Shown: in pieces, positions 49,935 to 59,824 of the stretch | Layout: every line of letters begins with the position of its first letter | Position numbering within the stretch: position 1 is the first letter of the stretch | DNA from: Promethearchaeota archaeon | Lineage (GTDB): Archaea > Asgardarchaeota > Lokiarchaeia > Sigyniarchaeales > SOKP01 | Length of the DNA stretch: 64,000 nt | Direction: 5' to 3' | Assembly (NCBI GenBank): GCA_011364925.1 | Contig: RDOA01000008.1 | Span: 40,744 to 104,743 of the forward strand | Program-made: the position numbers and the translations under genes | Notes under the pieces: generated by a model | The model's database searches: none | Seen by the model: the letters and a program-made list of their open reading frames with translations, nothing else | What the model was told of the DNA's origin: nothing

Positions 49935-50378
49935 ATGGCAGAAGAATTCGCAAATTTCATGCAAGAAACAAAAAAAGCTCCACTTGAAGAAAAATTAAAC
50001 GCTTTTGGAGATATCGTTGAAAGAATGATGTCTGTTATTCTGAGGATTCCAGATTTAGTAGATCAGTCTCTAGCAAGTGTTGGACAAAGAATTTCAACTT
50101 TAGAGTCACGATTAACCACAATTAATAGTGAAGTGTCAGCTCTTAGAACAAGAGGTTCTGGAACAGCTCCAGTTATCGCTGCACCTTCTGCTCCTACGAG
50201 TGCTCCTCCGCCCACATCGGGTCCACCTGGAGGTCCCCCCGGTGGCCCACCTGGAGGCCCACCACCTCCGCCAGGAGGTCCTGGTGCAGCACGCCCAGCG
50301 AGTCCTGTAAGCTTAAGAGGTGCTATAATGGGCGAGCTAAAACAATTATTTTCAAAAAGAGCTCAATCAGGACAATAA
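49935..50378 (+). CDS. Coiled-coil + polyproline + C-terminal amphipathic helix protein (WASH/WAVE/VASP-like layout)
   Basis: RISTLESRLTTINSEVSAL coil; GPPGGPPGGPPGGPPPPPGGP; LRGAIMGELKQLFSKR; GGAG upstream. Confidence 0.7.
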   Translation: MAEEFANFMQETKKAPLEEKLNAFGDIVERMMSVILRIPDLVDQSLASVGQRISTLESRLTTINSEVSALRTRGSGTAPVIAAPSAPTSAPPPTSGPPGGPPGGPPGGPPPPPGGPGAARPASPVSLRGAIMGELKQLFSKRAQSGQ

Positions 50379-50503
50379 TCCTAAATTGTTTTTATTTTAT
50401 GAATTAAGGATAATTTCCCAATTTATTTCTAAAGAAATTACAAATATATTAAGATTAAAATTAACTAACAAATATATCAATATAAAGAATTATAAGTGCA
50501 ATA

Positions 50504-52246
50504 TTGGTTAATTCGGTGCCGAACGCATTAAATCGTGAAGTTGAATTCTCTAAAGTTAGAATTGCTCACGATTTTCAGAAGCAAATATTAGAAATCCCTT
50601 CTTTTATAAGAGTTCTCAATAATTATTATTATAATAAAACTGTTGTCCAATCAAAATTAAAACCTTTAGCATTAAGGAAATTCAAAGGAGGGAGGAAACC
50701 TTTAGAGACTAATAAAAATTGGCTTTATCTTCTTCCTACGCCTTTAAATGTCTTAAGTAGGGATTTACTTCATAAAAAAGATGCTTTTCAATTCCCAGAT
50801 AGCATTTTGTTATTTGAAGCTTGGATGAACTTAGGATTGGGTGCGTTATACCCTAGATTAGCGCTACACTATAAATTCCCAGGAATATTAAAGAATGAAA
50901 AAATAAGGCATGTTTTTCAATTCACATTTTCTACCTCAAGAGGATTTGGATTTCCAATCTATTTTGGACCACAATTTTATGAGTATTTTTTGACGATTGG
51001 TAAAATTCTTGAACCCTTATTTAAGTGGAGTCATACCATTTGTCATAGAGCTAATCAGGCCATATTTCTGGTCGGTAAGAGATATGGGATTAAAAGGCAT
51101 CATCCTGGGGAATTTGAATCAGTTATTATTTCAGAATATGAAAATAATATGTTTAAAGGGATTGACACTCTCCTTCATGGATATTTCACTCAAGACCCAA
51201 AAAAACTGGGAACATACTCAAATTTAGACGAGATTCTTGATAATACGATGTTTTCTTACTCTATTGGTGATCACGCTATGAGTATAGAAAGAAAAGTTAA
51301 GAATCAGACAATTACTATTCCTCTGATTACTCACGATTATATTGTTAACAAGTATAGTGTCAATTTTTATGAGTATCTAAAAGGTTTAATTTCCATCAAG
51401 AATCTTCTTATTAAAAAGATTTTGCTCTATAAAACGCAGAGAAAAGCATACATTAACAAATTAAAAAGAATCGATAAAATTAAATTTAGATTAAGCCAAT
51501 CTAAAAAAAAATCCATTCCCAATTTAAGATTGTTTAAACGATTTTCTAAAATTCAAGAATCTTCGCTTCACATTAAGCTTATGGAACAATTATTGGAAAT
51601 ATTATGGACTTCACCGTTGTACACTCACGCAATTCACCACAGTATAAATGAAGAAATCACTTCTCAAAAATCTACAGACAACGAAACCCTTACCAATTTT
51701 GAAAAAGATTCAATGGATTCAATATTTTTATTATATATAAAATTTTTCGAACAAAATAACGATTTTACATTTAAGGAAGTTGAAGTTTTTGACGAATTAA
51801 GGAAGGCTAGGGATCTAATAGGAACTATGTGGTTATCCTTTAAAGAAAAGCATTTTAAATTCGGTATTAAAAAAATAAATGAACTTTCACTTTTATCCAT
51901 TACCAGGCAAGATTATAATAAATTTGTAAACGATATGATAAATAACCTCATACCTATATTTTCAATTTACGAAATCTTTAATAGATCGCTTTCAGAATCC
52001 GTTTATCCAGAATCTATCCCTCAAACCAAACGAATAGGAGCTTATATCGCAAGTTTTTTAACATCAAGGTTCAATCCTTTTGGTGTAAATTTAATGAACC
52101 TCTTCAACAGGCTTGCCTTTTATAATTGGAGCTACTTCATTATAAAAAAGAAGCTTAATCGAACCAACTTTTTCAAATCAATTTTTAAGCTCCCTATATG
52201 GAAGTATATCCCTCCCAACATTGAAAAGAAAATTCTATCTTGTTAA
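50504..52246 (+). CDS. Hypothetical protein, 580 aa
   Basis: Long ORF; no recognised motif. Confidence 0.7.
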   Translation: MVNSVPNALNREVEFSKVRIAHDFQKQILEIPSFIRVLNNYYYNKTVVQSKLKPLALRKFKGGRKPLETNKNWLYLLPTPLNVLSRDLLHKKDAFQFPDSILLFEAWMNLGLGALYPRLALHYKFPGILKNEKIRHVFQFTFSTSRGFGFPIYFGPQFYEYFLTIGKILEPLFKWSHTICHRANQAIFLVGKRYGIKRHHPGEFESVIISEYENNMFKGIDTLLHGYFTQDPKKLGTYSNLDEILDNTMFSYSIGDHAMSIERKVKNQTITIPLITHDYIVNKYSVNFYEYLKGLISIKNLLIKKILLYKTQRKAYINKLKRIDKIKFRLSQSKKKSIPNLRLFKRFSKIQESSLHIKLMEQLLEILWTSPLYTHAIHHSINEEITSQKSTDNETLTNFEKDSMDSIFLLYIKFFEQNNDFTFKEVEVFDELRKARDLIGTMWLSFKEKHFKFGIKKINELSLLSITRQDYNKFVNDMINNLIPIFSIYEIFNRSLSESVYPESIPQTKRIGAYIASFLTSRFNPFGVNLMNLFNRLAFYNWSYFIIKKKLNRTNFFKSIFKLPIWKYIPPNIEKKILSC

Positions 52247-52276
52247 TAAGATTGATAAAATAAGGAATTAAATATT

Positions 52277-52858
52277 CTAAAATTCCAGAAATCCAGGATC
52301 ATCAAAAATGTCGTCAATTTTCTTTTCTTTCTTCATATCGCTATCATCGTGTTCTGTAAACAATGACTCGTCATCGGTTTTTATCCCCTTCTCCAATTCT
52401 AATGTATCTAATTGAAGTAATGCGTTCTTTTCTTTTCTTTTATATTCTTCAGCTTTTGTTTTCCATCTATTTACTTCCTCGAGATCGACATTGTTCTCGT
52501 CCTCTAAGGCTTCAGCAGCTTTAGCTTTACAAAGATCAGTTAAAATAGAGTAACATAAAACTAATTCCCCCCACTCGTTCTTCTGTTTTAACTTTGCTAT
52601 TCTTTTCTCTAGTCGCTGAAGTTCTTGATCAGCATAAAAGATGTCTATAAAATCTCCAAATGCATCAACAGGTTCCGAAATAGAATTAACAAGCACTTCC
52701 TTAGTTAGCCCACAATGGCCACACTTCACCGTAGCTATTGCACTTTTCCTAATATTTTCCACTTTTACGGATTTCTCTCCGCAGTTAGGGCATGTGAATA
52801 TCTTCGGAACTTTTTTCACTCTTTTATAGGTTTGCTGCTTTCTTTTTCGTCTTCCCAT
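52277..52858 (-). CDS. elf1: Transcription elongation factor Elf1 with long C-terminal extension
   Basis: MGRRKRK...FTCPNCG...CGHCG...EPVDAFGDFID. Confidence 0.88.
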   Translation of the reverse strand: MGRRKRKQQTYKRVKKVPKIFTCPNCGEKSVKVENIRKSAIATVKCGHCGLTKEVLVNSISEPVDAFGDFIDIFYADQELQRLEKRIAKLKQKNEWGELVLCYSILTDLCKAKAAEALEDENNVDLEEVNRWKTKAEEYKRKEKNALLQLDTLELEKGIKTDDESLFTEHDDSDMKKEKKIDDIFDDPGFLEF

Positions 52859-53035
52859 CGAAATTCATACTCTAGTCTTTTTTATTTTATTTGTAAATAA
52901 TTCAATCAACCAAAACTAAAAAATTTTCGCTTTTCTGAAAGTAGAACAGAGGAAACCAAAAGATTTTTTAGGAATGCTTAATTTATACACTTACTCTTTT
53001 TAGCTGAACTAGAAAATTGTATTTTTAATTGTAAG

Positions 53036-54148
53036 TTGATTTTAGGTATGGAACATACGAATATATCAATCGAAAACGATAAAAACTTAATAGAGAAGGT
53101 TCTTGATGATATAGATATGAGGTACATTGTTTTATTTCTCTATGTCATAAGAAATGACTTATTTAAAGATCTGGTTGATTCAGAACTGATTGAATCATAT
53201 GAGAAAGTCTTAATTCTAGACGAAATTTTTAAAAACAATATTTTAAACTTCTGGAATGATGAATTTATTGATGTAGCTATTGATTTAGGTTTATTCAAAA
53301 ACATACGAAGTATGAGAGAATTTCAGCAAAAAGAAGGAGACTTTATAATTCGCCTGGGTGAAGAAACTATAACAATTGAAAACAACACTATTTCAGTCCC
53401 AGATCATACATTATTCTTAATAATAAATAAGAAGTTCAAGTTCTTAACAAGAAGGAATTTTAACTCAGCTTTGATAAAATTGAAAGGAGTGCGGTGTGAG
53501 ATAAATAATGTTATCCATCCGTTTATCTCTGAAATAGGAGAACATGATTATACAATTCCAAATGATATTTATTACATTTTAGACCAATATGGTAATGTTT
53601 ATCAAGCGATTAAAATAGAAATTACAATCGAAGGTATGTATCAAAGGTATTTGGAAATCCAAGAAAAAATTGACAAATTTATTGAAATCTTCGAGCCAAA
53701 ATTAACGACTAAACCTTTTTTAAAGAAAATACATGAAGCCATAAAAGGAAAAAGAGACATTATCACGGCCTTAAAGGATGATAAGCTAGAATTGTCCGAG
53801 AAATTTGACTGTAGTAAAATTGATATAGAAAATCCAATTTTTAAAGACTGGAATTCCAAATTAATGCAATTGCTGAATTATTCATTTCAAATGAAGGAAA
53901 TAGAAAATCAAATACTAGATATTAAGAAATATTATTCCGGAAAGGGTAAAAAGTATAACTACCTTGAATTTATTGAGAAAATATCTTTTAATGAAAATAA
54001 CATTGTAAGCAATATTCAAGATGCTTTGATTAAACTTAGAGAAGAGTTAAAAGATATCAACAATCAAATTGAAATCTTAACAAAGAAAAAACTAAAACTA
54101 ATCAATTTGGATTATGAAAGATATTTAATAATGAGTAGTGATGAATAA
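53036..54148 (+). CDS. Winged-helix-like + coiled-coil hypothetical protein
   Basis: RRNFNSALIKL followed by a hairpin; C-terminal heptads; first gene of the cluster. Confidence 0.6.
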   Translation: MILGMEHTNISIENDKNLIEKVLDDIDMRYIVLFLYVIRNDLFKDLVDSELIESYEKVLILDEIFKNNILNFWNDEFIDVAIDLGLFKNIRSMREFQQKEGDFIIRLGEETITIENNTISVPDHTLFLIINKKFKFLTRRNFNSALIKLKGVRCEINNVIHPFISEIGEHDYTIPNDIYYILDQYGNVYQAIKIEITIEGMYQRYLEIQEKIDKFIEIFEPKLTTKPFLKKIHEAIKGKRDIITALKDDKLELSEKFDCSKIDIENPIFKDWNSKLMQLLNYSFQMKEIENQILDIKKYYSGKGKKYNYLEFIEKISFNENNIVSNIQDALIKLREELKDINNQIEILTKKKLKLINLDYERYLIMSSDE

Positions 54149-54150
54149 TT

Positions 54151-55107
54151 TTGAAATGTTCTGCGTGTAATATCGAAATGGAATCACTTGTTCCGGGAAT
54201 ATTCCAATGTCCACGTTGCAAAAAAATACAAAAACAAAAAGATGATAAAAAAGAGAAAGAAGCAGAAACACATATAGAGCAGGGGGAATTTCTGGATGGA
54301 GACTATTTCCATAAGAATGCTAGTCTTAATAAACAGTATGAAATTTGCGAAAAAGGAGTAATAATTGACAAAACAGAAACCCGCTTATTTGCTGCATTGA
54401 TATGTCATAGCGCTTATTTAAAAGATGAAAAATATATAAGACTCTCATGGTGGAAAACATATCAACATGCGGGTATGTTTAAAATATACGACAAAGATGT
54501 ATTGAATAATGTTATTACATCATTAGAAAAAATTAATGATAGTTTCGATGATGTTTGGAAATGGATTGGAAAATATGGTAAACAAGAACCTAAAACAGAA
54601 GAAATATTAGAAAAAGAAAAGTATTTAGAGTTACTCAGATCTCGGATAATTGAAAATCGTACCTGTCCAAAATGTCAAAAAAAAATGAATAAAGAAAAAT
54701 CTCACTACGAATGCCAACATTGTGGTGAGATTGTTATCCTTGAAGGCTACAACCAACCTATCTTTAACATACCTTCTAAAGAACTTGATTTATCCTTCCA
54801 AGCTAACTTTCCAATTAATTACTATATGCCTGTAAGTGGTATTACTGTAAAATGGCTTATGGGGGAATGGAAAGCAATAGTAATAATTCATTCTAAAGAT
54901 AATCCAAATAAAAAATGGCTCCGATTTTACTGGTGGATGAGAGATTTGAGTAATATTTTAAAATTTGGGCAAAGAGAGATAGGAGAGGGCACACAAATGG
55001 GCTGGAAAGCACAAAAAGGTATAGCTTCACCAAATATGTACGATAAAAAATTAGTAATCCCTTTAATTAAGGCGTTAAAGAAAATCCAAGCAGATTTAGA
55101 TTGGTAG
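54151..55107 (+). CDS. Tandem (Zn ribbon + PC4-like) repeat protein
   Basis: CSAC/CPRC and CPKC/CQHC ribbons each followed by KYIRLSWW...YDK and KWLRFYWW...YDK units. Confidence 0.6.
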   Translation: MKCSACNIEMESLVPGIFQCPRCKKIQKQKDDKKEKEAETHIEQGEFLDGDYFHKNASLNKQYEICEKGVIIDKTETRLFAALICHSAYLKDEKYIRLSWWKTYQHAGMFKIYDKDVLNNVITSLEKINDSFDDVWKWIGKYGKQEPKTEEILEKEKYLELLRSRIIENRTCPKCQKKMNKEKSHYECQHCGEIVILEGYNQPIFNIPSKELDLSFQANFPINYYMPVSGITVKWLMGEWKAIVIIHSKDNPNKKWLRFYWWMRDLSNILKFGQREIGEGTQMGWKAQKGIASPNMYDKKLVIPLIKALKKIQADLDW

Positions 55108-55132
55108 ATAATAACAATTTTTATAATAAATC

Positions 55133-56287
55133 GTGAAATTGATGGAAAATTTTAAAGATTCTACATGGAAAGAATTACTTCAAGACTTTCAAAAAGGTAT
55201 AGATAGAGCGATTGAAGAACTGGAAAATAGAGATGTAGAAAACATCCCTGGGGCAAAAGAAGCTCTTATCCAAAGATTAAAGAATATGAGGCTTCATTTT
55301 CCTAAGAACAATGGTGAGATCTTTCTAAAGTCAATTAATGATAAAATTCAAAACGCCTTCTTTCCAAACACGAAAGATTTTACTGAAGCTTTTGAAAAAA
55401 TAATCAAATCAAGAACACATGAACAAGATTTCATTATAAATGAGTTATTAAATGGTTTTGTAACATCAAAAGCTAAAGCCATAGCTTCAGGAACTCAGGG
55501 ACCTATAATAGATAGAATGGTAGAGGCTTTTAGTAGAAGAAACGACTTCCATATTGTAGATTATCAATTTTTTGCAATGTTTGGAGATCCTAATAAGCCT
55601 CGTCATCGTGTTAAAAACCAACTTGAAGAACTTGCTAAAATGTTTGGTTTAGTCTCAAAAGAACTTATTGTTGAAAAAGATGTAAGAAGAAGTGAAGAAA
55701 AGGTATACACATTTTATACTTTTCCTGATGGGATAATTAAAATTCTTGAAGAAAAATATTTGATAATCGATGAAGAATTAGGTTACGCTTATGTATCAGA
55801 AGCTTTTGATAGAAATGTATTTATTTGTATGTTTTTAGCTAATGTTGCAATCAATAGAGATAATATCAATAAGATTGGAGGATCTTACACTTTAAATGGT
55901 ATTTCTGCAATTTTTGCTCTAATTCTATTATTGAGTTTTTTACCCAAATTGAGTATAGATGAGACTAGTCCGATCCTCAACGATCCGAATTATGATCCAG
56001 AAAGCATGAGTGTGATACCGAAATCTTGGATGATGAAACAAGTTCTAGATCCTCTCTTTGAGCCTCTAATCAAAATAATTGCTTACAGGTTAGGAGGAGG
56101 TTTGTGGTTATCACATATAATCGATTCTGATATAAATAAGAGAATTCATAATCAAGTACGATTTTTAATTAAAGATGTTAACAAATGGATTTTAGGACAA
56201 TTAGTGAGAGTAGAAATCCCAATTTTCGTAGAGATTTCAAATATTTTCACAGAAATCGTTGTAGGGTATGAAGATGAACAATTATAA
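55133..56287 (+). CDS. Hypothetical protein, 384 aa
   Basis: Long ORF within a tight co-directional cluster. Confidence 0.7.
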   Translation: MKLMENFKDSTWKELLQDFQKGIDRAIEELENRDVENIPGAKEALIQRLKNMRLHFPKNNGEIFLKSINDKIQNAFFPNTKDFTEAFEKIIKSRTHEQDFIINELLNGFVTSKAKAIASGTQGPIIDRMVEAFSRRNDFHIVDYQFFAMFGDPNKPRHRVKNQLEELAKMFGLVSKELIVEKDVRRSEEKVYTFYTFPDGIIKILEEKYLIIDEELGYAYVSEAFDRNVFICMFLANVAINRDNINKIGGSYTLNGISAIFALILLLSFLPKLSIDETSPILNDPNYDPESMSVIPKSWMMKQVLDPLFEPLIKIIAYRLGGGLWLSHIIDSDINKRIHNQVRFLIKDVNKWILGQLVRVEIPIFVEISNIFTEIVVGYEDEQL

Positions 56288-56307
56288 TTATACGAGTTGT
56301 AAAACTA

Positions 56308-57615
56308 ATGAGTTACAAAAAGAAATCCACGAGAATTGAGAAACCTGGTAGAAAAAGAGAAAAGTGGACGGATATTCTTCCTCGATATCTTACATTTTTG
56401 ACACACATGCGCCCGATTTTAAGAGAAACCAGGAGAATTATAATTGATTTAGATGCAGATCTATTATTAGACCCTGAAATCCTAGATAAAATTAGAGAAG
56501 AAGAAGAAAAAAGAAACATCAGAAAAGTAAGAGCTTTATCCGAATTTTCTGCAATGTATAGATCAAATATCTACGAAATCATAAAAGATTTTTTAGTAAA
56601 ATATAGGGATCGAATTCCAGTAATTGATATTAAAGATTACATTATAGAATTTTTGTTCGAATCCATAGATGCGTTAAATGTATTACGACACATAACTAAC
56701 CCTGATGAACAGAATTTAGAAAAAACTTACTTATATGCTCTAGTTAAATTTATCGAAGAAAAGCTGCTTCCTCGAGGTAGAAATATAAACGTAATTTACA
56801 AAAAACTATTAGATGCTTCCCAAAACGTATATGAATGTCAAAGGCATATACTTCAACCACATACATACTATCGCGAAAAACTAGAGGATTCAGATTCATT
56901 TGAAATTCCAGGAATTTCCCCAAAAGTATATCAAATTATTAATAATATCACATCACTCCTTAATCTAGATCCTAATTTTGGAAACTTTCCTGAAAGAGAG
57001 AACCATGAAATCCCAATGATTTTAAAGGCTGATATTTTTAACCCATATATAGATTCAATAGCAAATGCAGAAGAAAACGCAGTTGGTCAAATTTCTGAAC
57101 GCATTGGACTTCGTATTATTGATGAGATTTTTCTCGCACCAAGAGAAAACTTAGTAGAAATCATGTTAGAAAATAATTTCGTACGTACCACTACACAATC
57201 TGATGGAACTATAAGATTATTACCCCAATTGAGCAATGAAACATTAATATTATACTATTTATCATTTGCTTCCCAAAGAAGAGGTTTCTTGACTAAAGAA
57301 TTAATAAATTGGATATCAATGAACTTCGCTTTTTTAATGTATATGGGGATTTTAAAATGGAAATTATCTGATCAAAACATTTTCTATCCAATTTTTAAAG
57401 ATTTACAAACCAATGAGAAAATTCTTCCTTACTTAATGAAACTTATCTGTTTTCCTAACTACTTAGGCATAGATAAAATGAAGATAAGGGATTCACCTCA
57501 GTATAGAAAAGAAATTTTCAACTTTATTGGTTCTCAAATAGATAATCTTAAAGATTTTATCAATGAAATAGCAATGTTTTGTGAAAAGTTTGATAAAGAA
57601 AGGAAAAATAACTAA
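56308..57615 (+). CDS. Hypothetical protein, 435 aa
   Basis: Long helical ORF within the cluster. Confidence 0.7.
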   Translation: MSYKKKSTRIEKPGRKREKWTDILPRYLTFLTHMRPILRETRRIIIDLDADLLLDPEILDKIREEEEKRNIRKVRALSEFSAMYRSNIYEIIKDFLVKYRDRIPVIDIKDYIIEFLFESIDALNVLRHITNPDEQNLEKTYLYALVKFIEEKLLPRGRNINVIYKKLLDASQNVYECQRHILQPHTYYREKLEDSDSFEIPGISPKVYQIINNITSLLNLDPNFGNFPERENHEIPMILKADIFNPYIDSIANAEENAVGQISERIGLRIIDEIFLAPRENLVEIMLENNFVRTTTQSDGTIRLLPQLSNETLILYYLSFASQRRGFLTKELINWISMNFAFLMYMGILKWKLSDQNIFYPIFKDLQTNEKILPYLMKLICFPNYLGIDKMKIRDSPQYRKEIFNFIGSQIDNLKDFINEIAMFCEKFDKERKNN

Positions 57616-58741
57616 TTTACTATTAAATGAGTTGAGAAAAATTAATAGTTCGAAAGAAACAGCGAGAGAAAATATAACATTTACTGATGATGTTATAAAA
57701 AATAGGATAGGAAAATATGGTGCAGTCTATTTTCCTTCCGACATTCAAGAGTCTATTGAGGATATCTTAGGCAATGAAACAAAGAAAGAAATTTTACATG
57801 ATTTTTTTAAAGCCTTGAAGAAATACCATGAATTTATTAAACAATTAAAAGGTTCGAAACTTAATCCTAGTTTAACTGTTCTCTTATATGGGCCTCCTGG
57901 GACCGGAAAAACTTCCCTTACAAGAGGATTTGCAAAGGAATACAATATACCGATTTGTGTTGTAGAAACTGATAGACTTGTATCTCCCCTGCTTGGAGAT
58001 ACTATAAAACAAATTAGAAATGTTGTAGAATTAGCAGCTGAAATTGCAAAAGAGAGAGGAGCTTTTATTTTATTTTTTGATGAGATTGATGCTATTGGAT
58101 CTGAACGATCTAATATCCACGAAGTCGGAGAGATAAAACGAGCTGTAATCTCTTTTTTACAAGTTGTTGATCGAGTTAATTATGAAGGAGTGCCATTAGC
58201 TATTTTTGGAGCCACTAATCATCAAAATCAGTTAGATTCTGCCATTTGGAGGCGATTCACCTTCCATTTTAGCTTTGAATTTCCTGATTATCAATTAAGA
58301 AATCAAATCATTAAATCATTTCTTGATAAAGTTGGAAAAGCAAAAATTGGGGTTGATGATTCAATATATACTAGTTTGAGAGATGAATTTAAAAGAATTC
58401 AAGAGTTGATTAACGATTTAGAACGCAAATTAGGTCATACTGTCTCTGAATTCGAAGGGGATATCTTCTGGGACGAATTTCATAAAAAATATAAGGAGAA
58501 GGGTTTAATTGAACTATCTAAAGGGTATTCGGGTTCAGATATAGAGAGAGGTACGAGAGTAGCATTATTAAAAGCGATTAATACCGAACGCCTAACCTAT
58601 GACCTTTTTTATAACTCATTAAAATTGGTTGGAGGTACGGCAATTCATGTAGAAAGACAAGATATTTTAAGTAATACGAAGCAAAAGATTTTTAGTACGA
58701 GTAGAGCAAAAGATGACCGAAAAAAACCACCAGAAATATAA
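57581..58741 (+). CDS. Single-domain AAA+ ATPase (SpoVK/IetA-like)
   Basis: [46 protein letters not shown]. Confidence 0.9.
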   Translation: MKSLIKKGKITNLLLNELRKINSSKETARENITFTDDVIKNRIGKYGAVYFPSDIQESIEDILGNETKKEILHDFFKALKKYHEFIKQLKGSKLNPSLTVLLYGPPGTGKTSLTRGFAKEYNIPICVVETDRLVSPLLGDTIKQIRNVVELAAEIAKERGAFILFFDEIDAIGSERSNIHEVGEIKRAVISFLQVVDRVNYEGVPLAIFGATNHQNQLDSAIWRRFTFHFSFEFPDYQLRNQIIKSFLDKVGKAKIGVDDSIYTSLRDEFKRIQELINDLERKLGHTVSEFEGDIFWDEFHKKYKEKGLIELSKGYSGSDIERGTRVALLKAINTERLTYDLFYNSLKLVGGTAIHVERQDILSNTKQKIFSTSRAKDDRKKPPEI

Positions 58742-58789
58742 AAATCTTATTAAAAAAATAGATTAAAAGGTTTTATTCAAATAAAAATC

Positions 58790-59824
58790 ATGGAAAATCA
58801 ATTATTTAACCTCAAGAAAATTAGAGAATTATTATCTCCAATTGAGCAACTTCAAAGTAACATTAACCAGTTAGAAAATTCAATTAATCAATTTAATACA
58901 CAAAAGAATTATATTTCTACATCTACCAAAAATGAAACCTTTCTCACTCAAATTAACGATATATCAAATCTCATCGAAAATATCAATGTAAACTTCAAAA
59001 TTGTCTTAACTAATAACATAAACTCACTTCTTTATATTAAAAATAAACTGACGAATAAATACAAGAAAAATTTAAAAGATAATTTAAAAAAAGTCGATTT
59101 AAAAAGTATTCACACAAAATCTATTGGTCAATCTTTAATAGAGAAGAAAAGTATCAGTAAAATTAAAAATGAGATATCTTATACTCCCTCTGTAAGCACA
59201 AAACAATGGTTAGAATTAATTGATGCTTTAAATAGAAACATACTTTTTGCAAATTCTGCAAAAAAACTTCAAGATAATTATCTAAAAAATATAAAAAATA
59301 AATTAACCAATGAATTAGAAAAAATTCCAAATAAAACCCCTCCTTCAATTATTGAAGAATTTAAAGCCCAATTCAATAAAAATCACGATTTGACTTATGA
59401 AGATTTTCTCAAAATATTTGATGGAAAATTTACAGAAAAGGAATTGCAAATTAAAGAAGAACTAGTATCTAAAAGAAAACAGAAACAAGAAATCGAAGAA
59501 TTAAAAAAAAAGCAAGAAGAACAAACAGAGACTTATGAAAGTTATTTGAAGTTATCAGAAGAAGAATTTGAAAGAAAATTGCGTAAAAGAAAAAGAGAAA
59601 AATTAACAGATGTTAAAGAACCAGGAAAACAAAGAAAGCTTGAACTCTCTGATGAAGTCACAGAAAAAATTCAAAAATTCAAAATGAAATTTGATAAGGA
59701 TTCGAACGATAACTTTTTAACAAAAGAGGAAAATGGAATAGATCCTATCAAGATTATCAGAGAAAGAAAAAGGAAAAATAAGAAAGAGTATCAAAAATAT
59801 AAAAATCATTTTGAATCTGACTAA
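58790..59824 (+). CDS. Lys/Glu/Asn-rich coiled-coil protein
   Basis: 344 aa heptad-rich, charged C-terminus. Confidence 0.65.
   Translation: MENQLFNLKKIRELLSPIEQLQSNINQLENSINQFNTQKNYISTSTKNETFLTQINDISNLIENINVNFKIVLTNNINSLLYIKNKLTNKYKKNLKDNLKKVDLKSIHTKSIGQSLIEKKSISKIKNEISYTPSVSTKQWLELIDALNRNILFANSAKKLQDNYLKNIKNKLTNELEKIPNKTPPSIIEEFKAQFNKNHDLTYEDFLKIFDGKFTEKELQIKEELVSKRKQKQEIEELKKKQEEQTETYESYLKLSEEEFERKLRKRKREKLTDVKEPGKQRKLELSDEVTEKIQKFKMKFDKDSNDNFLTKEENGIDPIKIIRERKRKNKKEYQKYKNHFESD

Noticed and set aside
50205-50285. GC-rich repeat as ncRNA or CRISPR-like element
   Set aside because: Fully explained by Gly/Pro codons of the 49935-50378 CDS
57581-58741. Vps4/CdvC (ESCRT) call for the AAA+ ATPase
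   Set aside because: No MIT domain, pore loop lacks the KW-type aromatic, and no recognisable ESCRT-III neighbour
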